The notes below the pieces were generated by a model. It did no database searches, was not told where the DNA came from, and saw nothing but the letters and a program-made list of their open reading frames with translations. DNA of 64,000 bases from a virus (taxonomy: Duplodnaviria > Caudoviricetes): the IMG/VR virus record IMGVR_UViG_2895532408_000002, positions 11,952 through 75,951 of that record; one strand, written 5' to 3'. Below, one piece after another: positions 47,699-56,032 of the stretch. The translations under genes and the position numbers were made by a program. Numbering within the stretch: position 1 is the first letter of the stretch; every line of letters begins with the position of its first letter.

Positions 47699-48009
47699 AG
47701 GTCTTCAACACTTGGTACCTAAAGCTGTCTTTCGAAGAACAGTTGTGCTTTGTTTTTGAGACCGTACCAAGTCAGCTTCAAAAGATATTTTGGTCCTACA
47801 GTAACCAAGATATAAAGGTTAAAACCAAGCTTATGCTTGGCTTAAAGACTGTCACAATGACTCAAGAGTATGTGACGTTATTAAATGCCGCTGGGACTAT
47901 CTTCGGGAAAAAAGAAAGTGGTTCAGGCACACCCAGACGCAAAACTACGAGCACGGTACCAAAAGATGAAATAGAAGCTGAGGCCCGAGCAAGAGCCGTT
48001 TTTGGGTAA
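47638..48009 (+). CDS. -1 frameshift extension of tail chaperone (gpGT-like)
   Basis: -1 frame open from 47635 to 48009; T-TTT-TTT at 47638-47644. Confidence 0.7.
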   Translation, partial: FFYEGSPTGQAKDEKEADHLEVFNTWYLKLSFEEQLCFVFETVPSQLQKIFWSYSNQDIKVKTKLMLGLKTVTMTQEYVTLLNAAGTIFGKKESGSGTPRRKTTSTVPKDEIEAEARARAVFG

Positions 48010-48028
48010 CAATTAGGGGAAATTGACG

Positions 48029-51000
48029 ATGGCCGGCAGCACTGGATCAGGCAACACCATTAGAAGTACGTTACTTAACTTTACGGTAGACCCGAAATCA
48101 AAAAAGGTAATTGAAGAACTTACTCGGGAATTCGAAAAGCTAGAGCGTGTCACACAAGCGGCAAGCCAACAACTTCAGGCAAACATAAAGGCTATAAAAG
48201 ACACGCCCCAAGGTCGCTCTGAATTAGCCCAGAATGCTAAAAATGAAGTAAATACCCAGCGCAAAATCTTAAATGAAAACCAAAAGAATGCGCGTGCGCT
48301 TCTAGACCAAATAGCCTTAACCGTTGGGAAGGGTCTTAATCCTCAGCAACAGCAAGAACTATTGAAGGGGCTCAATCAAGCCTTTGGGGAAATTACAGGT
48401 CGCTTCACTAAACAGGCCCAAGCGCAAGCCAAGAAACAAGCAAAGGACCTTGCGGACTATTACGATCTTCAATTTCGCAAAAACCCTACGGTCCCAAAAG
48501 GTAACCCACTCTACAAGTCTCGAGTAAACACGCTCAGTGAAAGTGAATTGCGTTCTGGTATCCAAAGGCAAAAGCTTTTACGTAGCGGGGCTCAAAGTGC
48601 GCTTAACGACGCTATTCGACTTGGGGATACCAGTCTTGAGAAGAAAGCACAGGGAGCATTAAAGAAACTTGAATCGGGTCTGGTTGCGGCAGAGTCCCGC
48701 CTGAAGAAGTTTACCGACGCCGCTAAAAAAGCTGAAGTAGCCCAAGATACACAAGCAAGAACCGTAAGACGAACTCTTAAATCTTACAATGATGATGAGT
48801 TTCGATTAAACCCTACGGTAGCCAAAGGCCAGAAAGTAAAAGCTTCACAAATCGCTACGTTGAACCGAACGCAACTCGAGGATGCGATTGCACGAAATAA
48901 GGTTTACGAGAATGCTGCCCGTAAAGCGCTTAAATCTAGTCTCGCGCCAGAAACGAGAAATAAGACTTTAGAGAACAACGCGGGTAAAGCCCTTAAAGAA
49001 TTAGAAGCCTCAACCAAGCTTGCTCAGGCTCGACTTAAAGAATTTGCTGAAGCTGCCGCCGAAGCCAAACGCGCTGAAAAAGCAGCAATGAAAGCTCAGC
49101 GTCCAACCACTCAAGTTACCGAACAACAACGCGTAGCGCGACGTATTGAGCAAATACAGCAAGCAAGAACTAACCAGCGCTTAGATGGCGGAGCCCAGCT
49201 ATTTAGAAACCAAGGACAATTGCTGCGTAACTATGCGGTAATGGGTGCCGGTGTGGGTGGCCTTGCAACGTCCGCTACGTTCTCAACCGAGTTAGATAGA
49301 CAGTTCAAACAACTACAATCCATTGTGAACCTCACCAATGAGGAAATGGAAGAACTCTCTAAAAATCTAATCGATGTATCAGAGAAAACCAAGTTTACAG
49401 CCACAGACGTCGCGGATGCGGCCATTACGCTCGGTCAGGCTGGCCTAGGTCAAAATGATATCCAAAACGCGATAGAGGGCGTTACGCTCTTCGCTACAGC
49501 GGTTGGGTCGGACTTAAAAAGTGCCGTGGACCTAGCGACCTCAACATTAGGGGTATTTAATAAAGACAGTTCGCAGATGATCAACATCGTAGACAAAATG
49601 ACTACGGCTGTGAACAGCTCTAAATTGAACCTCGATAAGCTTGCGCTAGGCCTACAGTATTCAGGTAACCTTGCGGCCCAGTCGAATGTGACGTTTGAAG
49701 AAACCGTTTCTGCTCTTGGCGCCATGGCTAACTCAGGTATTCGAGCGGGTTCTACACTTGGTACCGGTCTTAGACAGATTATTATTTCTCTGCAGAAACC
49801 TTCCGAGTCCTTTACCGAGATTGTACATAACCTCGGGCTTTCAATGTCGGACCTAGATATTACGACTCACGGTTTGATACCGGTAATGAAGACACTGGCC
49901 GAGAGTGGCTTTACCGTTCGTGACGCTATGGAGAGTATGGAAGTACGTGCGGCATCGGCATACGGAGCTTTTGCTAACAATATTAGCGTAGCGGAAGACT
50001 TAAGCGAACAAATGCGTATTGGTGGCTCTGCGGCCCGTGCGAACGACACGCAAATGGAAGCTTTAGCTAACCAGCTAGACCGCTTAGGCTCAATCAGTAA
50101 ATCGATTGTCTATGAGTCGATGGAACCGTTACTCGATACTATTACTAAGCTAACAGAGAAAACCGCTGACTTCCTTTCCGTGGTACGAGACCTCGGCCCT
50201 ATTCTCAGTGCCTTAGCGGTACCCGCGTCGATACTCGGCGGCGTGCTGGCCACACGAAGCGTTCTTCGTTTAGGGGCCGGACTATTGGGCGGCGTAGATA
50301 TGCTGACCGGCGGGAAAGGTAAAGGCAGTACAATTGCTAGGCTTGCTAAGGTTGCCTCGAGTAGGGGCTTAGGAACTGCGGCCGGTTTTGCAGCTCGGGC
50401 AATACCTGGGGTTGGTCTTGCTACTGCGGTAGGTACCGCAGGAGTTTATGGTTATCAATACCTCGATGGCCGAGCCCGTGCAAATGACCGCGTGGATAGC
50501 ACGCAAGCCGCTTTAAACCGTGGCTCTTCAGAAACGAAGGTTTACGAGGACCAGCTTAAAAAAGTCGGGTCAGCTATAGATACGCTTATTCTAAAGCAAA
50601 ATGACCTTACCGATAACAAATCCTTACAGCGCGAGATACGTCGACTTAATGATGAGTTCCGTCAACAAGGCTTATATATCGATGATTCGATAAACAGCTA
50701 CGACAAACTTATTACTAAGATGAAAGAGTTTGAGGACGCTACGAGAGACGGAGTAGGGTACCTTCAAACACAGAACCGAAATAACTTCGTAGATAACTCC
50801 CAAGCTAAATTAGATGAGTTGTTTTCAATCGGTTTCTTTGATTCATCTGAACGTAAGCTTCTAGCGAATGAAGGCAATCCTAATGTAAGCGTGGGTAGCG
50901 GTAAGACCGCAACCTCTCGTGGCCGGTTCGCGAGTCGAGGAAATGTTTATCGAAGCTTGATAGACACGGCCTTACCTAATTTCGGTGAAGACCTCGCAGG

Positions 51001-53341
51001 GATTAATGATTTAATCCGCAATATAAACCCAAGTGAAACGGGCGCATATGGCCGCGCACAAGAAGCCCGTACTCAAACACGAGCCTTACAAAGCCAACTA
51101 TTCAACATTCTTAATCAATCGCCTCAGGAACTCGATAACCTTATGGGGCAGTTTGGCTTGTCTGGGGAAGCGCGGGACAAAGCCGAGGAATATATCAATA
51201 ACCTTGCTCAAGAAATGCTTAACCGAGCAAATACGTTACTTGAAGTTGAGAACAACCAGAAGCAATATGATTCGTTAGACCCTGAGTTAAAGAAAGAAGA
51301 GCGTAGAATTTCGGCAATCGTCTTAAAGAACCGTCGCGAACTTTTAAACGACATTGCAGAGACGAGTGAGGAAATAAATGCTCTTACGGAAAAGAACACA
51401 AACTACGAGACCAGCGATTATCTCGGGACCTTTAAAGATATAAACACATTGGTTCGAGAACAAATACAGGGGTTACTTGAAGACGAGAAGAACGCTTTAG
51501 CTGAATTAGAAGCTGAAGGCGTTGCTAACCCCCGACTGGTCTTGCAAGAACAGGGTTATTACCAAGCGGCAGGGGAGGCCCGAGGCAAGTTAGAACGTTC
51601 ACTACAATCCGCTGCGAAAGATGCCCGACCCGACGCCAATTTATACTATCCCGCGAGACTGGCGGAGTTAGATAAAGAAATCGATGTGCTTCGCGACCAA
51701 CTACGTCAAGTCACGGATCGCGATAAATCCGATGAAGTAAAAGCTAAGCTTAAGGAAATAAACCTTGAACGTGAGCGCGTGGCCAACGAGCAGGATACCT
51801 TGTTTGCGGCTATAGATGGGAACTCCCCTGTATCGGTGGCCCAGCGAGATAGAGAGTTAAATGCACGCGTAACGCTAGGCAATCAACAGTTTGACACTAT
51901 TCAAGCGAAGACGTTTGCGCGAAGCCGTTTAGAACGTTCGATTGGTGAGCAACAGGACCTCGATGTTAGAGACTTTAAATTATTAGGGGATGATGATGAG
52001 CTGTCGCGTTTACTCTCGGATGTAATAGGTGAAGAACGGGCCGAGATAAATAACCAATTATCTAAAGCGAGACAAGATGCTGAGACGCTTAGAAACAACG
52101 CTGGGGATATTCGTTATGACTCCCAGCGCTATCTTAATATCGCAGGGAATGAAGGTTACACCGATGAGACCCGAGAACGCGCTGCAGGGATAGCCAACGA
52201 GTTAGAGAGCCAAGCGGTACAGCTTGAGAAAGAAGCTATCGCGCTGGAAGAACAGGCTGTTAAGCAAGCGAAAGAAGCGTTAATGGACTTTGCTGAATAT
52301 CTTCAGACAACCATTATCGATAACGAAGCGCTCACAGATGGCCGTTCAAAAGCGAAAACTCGTAAGTCGGTTGAAGACTTAGAGACTCAAAACATTAGTC
52401 TGGATGGGGACCTTAAAGATTTATCCCAAGCCACAAAAGAAGCGGATAGGGGCTTAATAGAATTCAGAGATCAGATGGGGGATACGGTTCGCCGGATAAA
52501 CCAGAGTGTTTACGAGAGTGATGAGTTTAGAAGAACCCAAGCGGCTATTTATGGAACGTCATATTCTCCGACAGGAGAACAAGGGGTCGATGAGAACTAT
52601 GGGGGCCAAGGCGGAAAAACGTTAGGTTCGCAACTCTCTAACGCAGGGGCCTATGTCGTTGATGAGGTTAACAAAGGTTACGAAAACTTTGATATGTTAA
52701 CCCAAATGACTAACGAAGCGATAAGCGCAGCCCAGGGCCTAGGAGACGCGTTTGGAGCTACCTTCGCAGATATTATAACGGGTGCCGCTGAGTCTGAGGA
52801 TGCGTTTAGAGCCTTAGGGGTAAGTATTCTTACGGAAATGGCCAATATCGCCACCCGAGCGTTAGCTAATCAGTTAATTATGTCGTTGTTCTCGGGTCTA
52901 GGTTTAATGGGCGGCGGCATGGGAGGTTTCTTCGGCGGAGGGATGTATACCGGTGGGCCTGTAATCGCGGGGAGCTATAAAACAGGGGGCTTAATCACAA
53001 GTGGTATGTCTACCCGTGATTCCACTTACGCCAAAGTAAGTCGAGGGGAATTCGTTCTGCGTAAAGCTGCCGTTGACGCTATTGGTCTAGAGACTGTTAA
53101 GGCCCTCAATTCTGCAGACCCTAATAGTGTGTCTGATAAAGAAATGATGACAAGTAGCGCGGCCCAAGCAGCCGCAGCAACGAACAGTGAAGATTCAGGT
53201 ACGGTAAATGTATATGTAGTGAGTGAAAAGCAGTTACCTCCGATGGGGCCAAATGATGTTAAAGCGGTAATTGGTGATGATATCGCGAGAGAGGGTGAAC
53301 TGGCGTCACTAATCGCATCTGTAGCAATGAGGACTAGATAA
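48029..53341 (+). CDS. Tape measure protein
   Basis: 1770 aa helical; TP901-type core (TKFTATDVADAAITLGQAG, LANSGIRAGST-like). Confidence 0.92.
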   Translation: MAGSTGSGNTIRSTLLNFTVDPKSKKVIEELTREFEKLERVTQAASQQLQANIKAIKDTPQGRSELAQNAKNEVNTQRKILNENQKNARALLDQIALTVGKGLNPQQQQELLKGLNQAFGEITGRFTKQAQAQAKKQAKDLADYYDLQFRKNPTVPKGNPLYKSRVNTLSESELRSGIQRQKLLRSGAQSALNDAIRLGDTSLEKKAQGALKKLESGLVAAESRLKKFTDAAKKAEVAQDTQARTVRRTLKSYNDDEFRLNPTVAKGQKVKASQIATLNRTQLEDAIARNKVYENAARKALKSSLAPETRNKTLENNAGKALKELEASTKLAQARLKEFAEAAAEAKRAEKAAMKAQRPTTQVTEQQRVARRIEQIQQARTNQRLDGGAQLFRNQGQLLRNYAVMGAGVGGLATSATFSTELDRQFKQLQSIVNLTNEEMEELSKNLIDVSEKTKFTATDVADAAITLGQAGLGQNDIQNAIEGVTLFATAVGSDLKSAVDLATSTLGVFNKDSSQMINIVDKMTTAVNSSKLNLDKLALGLQYSGNLAAQSNVTFEETVSALGAMANSGIRAGSTLGTGLRQIIISLQKPSESFTEIVHNLGLSMSDLDITTHGLIPVMKTLAESGFTVRDAMESMEVRAASAYGAFANNISVAEDLSEQMRIGGSAARANDTQMEALANQLDRLGSISKSIVYESMEPLLDTITKLTEKTADFLSVVRDLGPILSALAVPASILGGVLATRSVLRLGAGLLGGVDMLTGGKGKGSTIARLAKVASSRGLGTAAGFAARAIPGVGLATAVGTAGVYGYQYLDGRARANDRVDSTQAALNRGSSETKVYEDQLKKVGSAIDTLILKQNDLTDNKSLQREIRRLNDEFRQQGLYIDDSINSYDKLITKMKEFEDATRDGVGYLQTQNRNNFVDNSQAKLDELFSIGFFDSSERKLLANEGNPNVSVGSGKTATSRGRFASRGNVYRSLIDTALPNFGEDLAGINDLIRNINPSETGAYGRAQEARTQTRALQSQLFNILNQSPQELDNLMGQFGLSGEARDKAEEYINNLAQEMLNRANTLLEVENNQKQYDSLDPELKKEERRISAIVLKNRRELLNDIAETSEEINALTEKNTNYETSDYLGTFKDINTLVREQIQGLLEDEKNALAELEAEGVANPRLVLQEQGYYQAAGEARGKLERSLQSAAKDARPDANLYYPARLAELDKEIDVLRDQLRQVTDRDKSDEVKAKLKEINLERERVANEQDTLFAAIDGNSPVSVAQRDRELNARVTLGNQQFDTIQAKTFARSRLERSIGEQQDLDVRDFKLLGDDDELSRLLSDVIGEERAEINNQLSKARQDAETLRNNAGDIRYDSQRYLNIAGNEGYTDETRERAAGIANELESQAVQLEKEAIALEEQAVKQAKEALMDFAEYLQTTIIDNEALTDGRSKAKTRKSVEDLETQNISLDGDLKDLSQATKEADRGLIEFRDQMGDTVRRINQSVYESDEFRRTQAAIYGTSYSPTGEQGVDENYGGQGGKTLGSQLSNAGAYVVDEVNKGYENFDMLTQMTNEAISAAQGLGDAFGATFADIITGAAESEDAFRALGVSILTEMANIATRALANQLIMSLFSGLGLMGGGMGGFFGGGMYTGGPVIAGSYKTGGLITSGMSTRDSTYAKVSRGEFVLRKAAVDAIGLETVKALNSADPNSVSDKEMMTSSAAQAAAATNSEDSGTVNVYVVSEKQLPPMGPNDVKAVIGDDIAREGELASLIASVAMRTR

Positions 53342-53727
53342 TGTCTATCGAACAATTTGATTTTATTTATCACAAAGTATCACATCGATACCGAGACCGT
53401 TCCACCCATTTGTCATTGGGGAATCAGTGGGATTATGTAACTAAGCCCACCGCACCAATAAGCCGGATATTTACTTTAAATTATTCGGTGATGAAGTATT
53501 TTGAAAACCCCCAGCTTCTTAGTCCTTTAGAAAGACGATATAGCGCGGATCATTTGGATGAGTTTTACCAACGACACGAAACGTGGAAAGAGTTTATCTT
53601 CCAACATCATAAATTTGGTAATGTTGTTGTACGGTTTGACCAGCCACTTGAGCTACCACAAGGGATAACGGGAGGGGACGGGGCAATTGAACCGTTTAAA
53701 GTTATGTTGCGTGAAGTAGCACTTTAA
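53341..53727 (+). CDS. Distal/minor tail protein (gpM-like)
   Basis: Position; LDEFYQRH...FIF. Confidence 0.65.
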   Translation: MSIEQFDFIYHKVSHRYRDRSTHLSLGNQWDYVTKPTAPISRIFTLNYSVMKYFENPQLLSPLERRYSADHLDEFYQRHETWKEFIFQHHKFGNVVVRFDQPLELPQGITGGDGAIEPFKVMLREVAL

Positions 53728-53764
53728 TTAATAAAATATTTATTAATTAATTTAAACAATATTA

Positions 53765-53793
53765 TTGACAATAAAATTGTGAGGCCGTAGTAT
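53765..53793 (+). promoter_or_regulatory. Sigma70 promoter TTGACA-17-TAGTAT with overlapping operator-like dyad (53767-53781)
   Basis: Consensus -35, AT-rich UP region 53728-53764. Confidence 0.8.
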
Positions 53794-53800
53794 TGCCCTC

Positions 53801-53878
53801 GGTTAGTAGTCCAAGTGGCTCCTAATTATCGTCAATTTCCAAATCAACGCCTCAGCCTTGCTGGGGTGTTCTGTTTTT
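53801..53878 (+). ncRNA. Candidate trans-acting sRNA antisense to the phage-wide start motif
   Basis: Promoter, seed CUCCUAAUUAUCGUCAAUUUCCAAAU, terminator AACGCCTCAGC-CTT-GCTGGGGTGTT-CTGTTTTT; 5' end inferred. Confidence 0.75.
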
Positions 53879-53947
53879 GGGCGATTGAAAAATATTCAAT
53901 CTATTCCTCTTTTCGGTATACTAGGCGAAAATTGAGGGAAATTGACG

Positions 53948-54436
53948 ATGAAAGAACTTTCACAAGAAATTCAGTCCCAACGTCACTCGCTGACTCCTGA
54001 AGACTTAACCACTTATCTAGAGCTTATTATTGAAGACCCTGACGGGCAACCGGTTATTATCCGCTTAACGGATAGGGAAACTCGCGACTGGAAAGACGTC
54101 ACTTGGGCTCACTCCCCGTTTAAAATATCAGGTATCGGTAACAAGTCTTCAGGTGAGAAAACCAGACCGAGCCTTTCGCTCCCTAACGAGGGGGGTATCT
54201 ACAGCTATTATCTAAATCAAGGGCTGTTAGAGGACGCCATTGTCACTCGATACAAAGCACTACCCCATGAAAAGGGCGGGTCGCTAACGTCCAAGCACGT
54301 TTTTTACGTTTCTCACGCCAGTAATATTAGTGCCTCTATTTTAACCCTTCAGTTAAGAAAGCTCTCCGACGGGAACAAAACCAAGTTTCCCCCTCGACGC
54401 TATGTGCAACCTGAATTTAGTACGGTAATTGTATGA
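53948..54436 (+). CDS. Minor tail protein (gpL-like)
   Basis: PFKISG...RPSLSL...A.VTR...FPPRR. Confidence 0.7.
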   Translation: MKELSQEIQSQRHSLTPEDLTTYLELIIEDPDGQPVIIRLTDRETRDWKDVTWAHSPFKISGIGNKSSGEKTRPSLSLPNEGGIYSYYLNQGLLEDAIVTRYKALPHEKGGSLTSKHVFYVSHASNISASILTLQLRKLSDGNKTKFPPRRYVQPEFSTVIV

Positions 54437-54930
54437 TTAAAGAACTCAATAGTTTTTGTGGCCACCACTACGAGCAAGGGATACAGGATTGCTATTCGTT
54501 GGTCAGGGATTTCTACAAGACCCGTTACCAGATTGAGATCACAAACTACGCGAGACCGGATAACTGGATACAAGACCCCAGTTTAGATTTCTTCACCAGT
54601 AAATTTGAAAAAGAAGGTTTCAAAGATACAAATAACAATCCTCACAAGGTTCGCTTTGGGGATGTGTTAATGATGCGTATTGCCGGTAGTCAAGTCGTTA
54701 ATCATGTGGCTATCTATGTGGGGAGACAAAAGATACTCCACCATTTACAGGGCCGCTTGAGTGAAATTGTTGATTACACTGATAAGTGGCGAATTAGGGT
54801 TGTCCGAGTGGTAAGACACCCCGAGGTTGAGAAAACCACGGAGGCCATGACGTTGCACAACCTTCATAAAGGCTTACCAATTCATCTTAGAGCCAAACTT
54901 AGAGGGGCCAAGAATGGGACAGTTGAGTAA
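54433..54930 (+). CDS. NlpC/P60 tail assembly protein (gpK C-domain)
   Basis: DCYSLVRDFY, NHVAIYVG, ILHH. Confidence 0.85.
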   Translation: MIKELNSFCGHHYEQGIQDCYSLVRDFYKTRYQIEITNYARPDNWIQDPSLDFFTSKFEKEGFKDTNNNPHKVRFGDVLMMRIAGSQVVNHVAIYVGRQKILHHLQGRLSEIVDYTDKWRIRVVRVVRHPEVEKTTEAMTLHNLHKGLPIHLRAKLRGAKNGTVE

Positions 54931-55249
54931 CTTTTGGAACGCGGAAAAAGAACGCTGTGGCTTTATTCTCAAGTCGGGAGAAGTTGTTGAAGTAGAAAAC
55001 ATTGCTGAATCCCCCGAAGAAGAATTTGAAGTCTCGGAGTCTGATTTTGAGAAGTATTACTCGGACACTGTTGCGTCATGGCATACACACACTAATGATT
55101 TTTCGAATCTTAGTTTGTCGGATTACTATACCTTTCTATCTCTCCCTGAGTGGGATCATTGGGTGGTTTCCCAGCATAAATCGGTAAAGTTTTCAGTCAA
55201 ATCGGAGTGTGTAATATTAGAAGAGGTAGTCCCACATGATAACGATTAA
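54914..55249 (+). CDS. JAB/MPN tail assembly protein (gpK N-domain)
   Basis: ERCGF, WHTH, LSLSD. Confidence 0.8.
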   Translation: MGQLSNFWNAEKERCGFILKSGEVVEVENIAESPEEEFEVSESDFEKYYSDTVASWHTHTNDFSNLSLSDYYTFLSLPEWDHWVVSQHKSVKFSVKSECVILEEVVPHDND

Positions 55250-56000
55250 GTTAGTAGGTTTTGGCAATAAAATAGCCAAGACTGTAAAGACCGCCGCGGC
55301 CAACTATAGAGAAGCGCTTGAAGCCCTAAAGTTACAGGAAGGGTTCAATCCGCTAACCGCTAAAGTACGTTATGTTTGTGAGGTTGACGGGGTAAATTCA
55401 ACGTTAGACTTAGACGAGCCGGTGCAAGATGGTGTTATGGTACTTCGTCGTAAACAAACCCTACAGACATTAAAAGGCTTTCAAGGTAGCGGAGGTTCTA
55501 ACGGTTGGGTTAAGGTTGTTGTCGGGATAGTGTTAATCACTGTAGCGGTGTTTCTTCCTCCCGTCGCGGTGGGTTTTACGGCTTTAGCTTCGGCGGGTAT
55601 GGTGAGTATAAATTTAGTATTAGCTCAAATTGGTTTTGCACTTATTGTAGGGGGGTTAGCCCAAGAACTAATGCCCACCCCCGAGAATGATAGTTCAGAA
55701 GAAAGCAGTAATAGTGCAACCTCGTATCCCAACACTGTACGTTCCGGCACACCCGTAGCTATGATCTTTGGCCGACACCGCTTTGGGGGCCACTTATTTC
55801 AATTTAATATAGAAAGTGTTGGACGTTCCTCGGCGGATATTAGAAACTTTACCAATGTTGTTTGGGATGAAGTTAGTGACAACAAGCGTGATTCTTGGTC
55901 TACTCTATTCTTCAATAGTGAATCCCAAGAAGTCGGCTCAAACACTTGGAGTCCTTGGGGTCGAGAAATCGACGGTATAAGACAAACACAAATTAATTAA
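55236..56000 (+). CDS. Tail assembly protein (gpI-like)
   Basis: Ubiquitin-like N-terminus, GSGG plus hydrophobic stretch, GTPVAMIFG. Confidence 0.75.
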   Translation: MITIKLVGFGNKIAKTVKTAAANYREALEALKLQEGFNPLTAKVRYVCEVDGVNSTLDLDEPVQDGVMVLRRKQTLQTLKGFQGSGGSNGWVKVVVGIVLITVAVFLPPVAVGFTALASAGMVSINLVLAQIGFALIVGGLAQELMPTPENDSSEESSNSATSYPNTVRSGTPVAMIFGRHRFGGHLFQFNIESVGRSSADIRNFTNVVWDEVSDNKRDSWSTLFFNSESQEVGSNTWSPWGREIDGIRQTQIN

Positions 56001-56032
56001 AATCTGGTTAAATTGACGATATTGGGGCTCTT

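Noticed and set aside
53815-54000. 61-aa GTG ORF over the sRNA locus
   Set aside because: No SD, crosses a terminator and a promoter, and overlaps the real gpL-like start
2680-56020. TTGACG in the start motif as a -35 box, or as TTG start codons (MTM ORFs)
   Set aside because: No consistent -10 follows; the GGA(A/G)-to-ATG spacing fits an SD for the ATG, whereas TTG is only 1-2 nt from it
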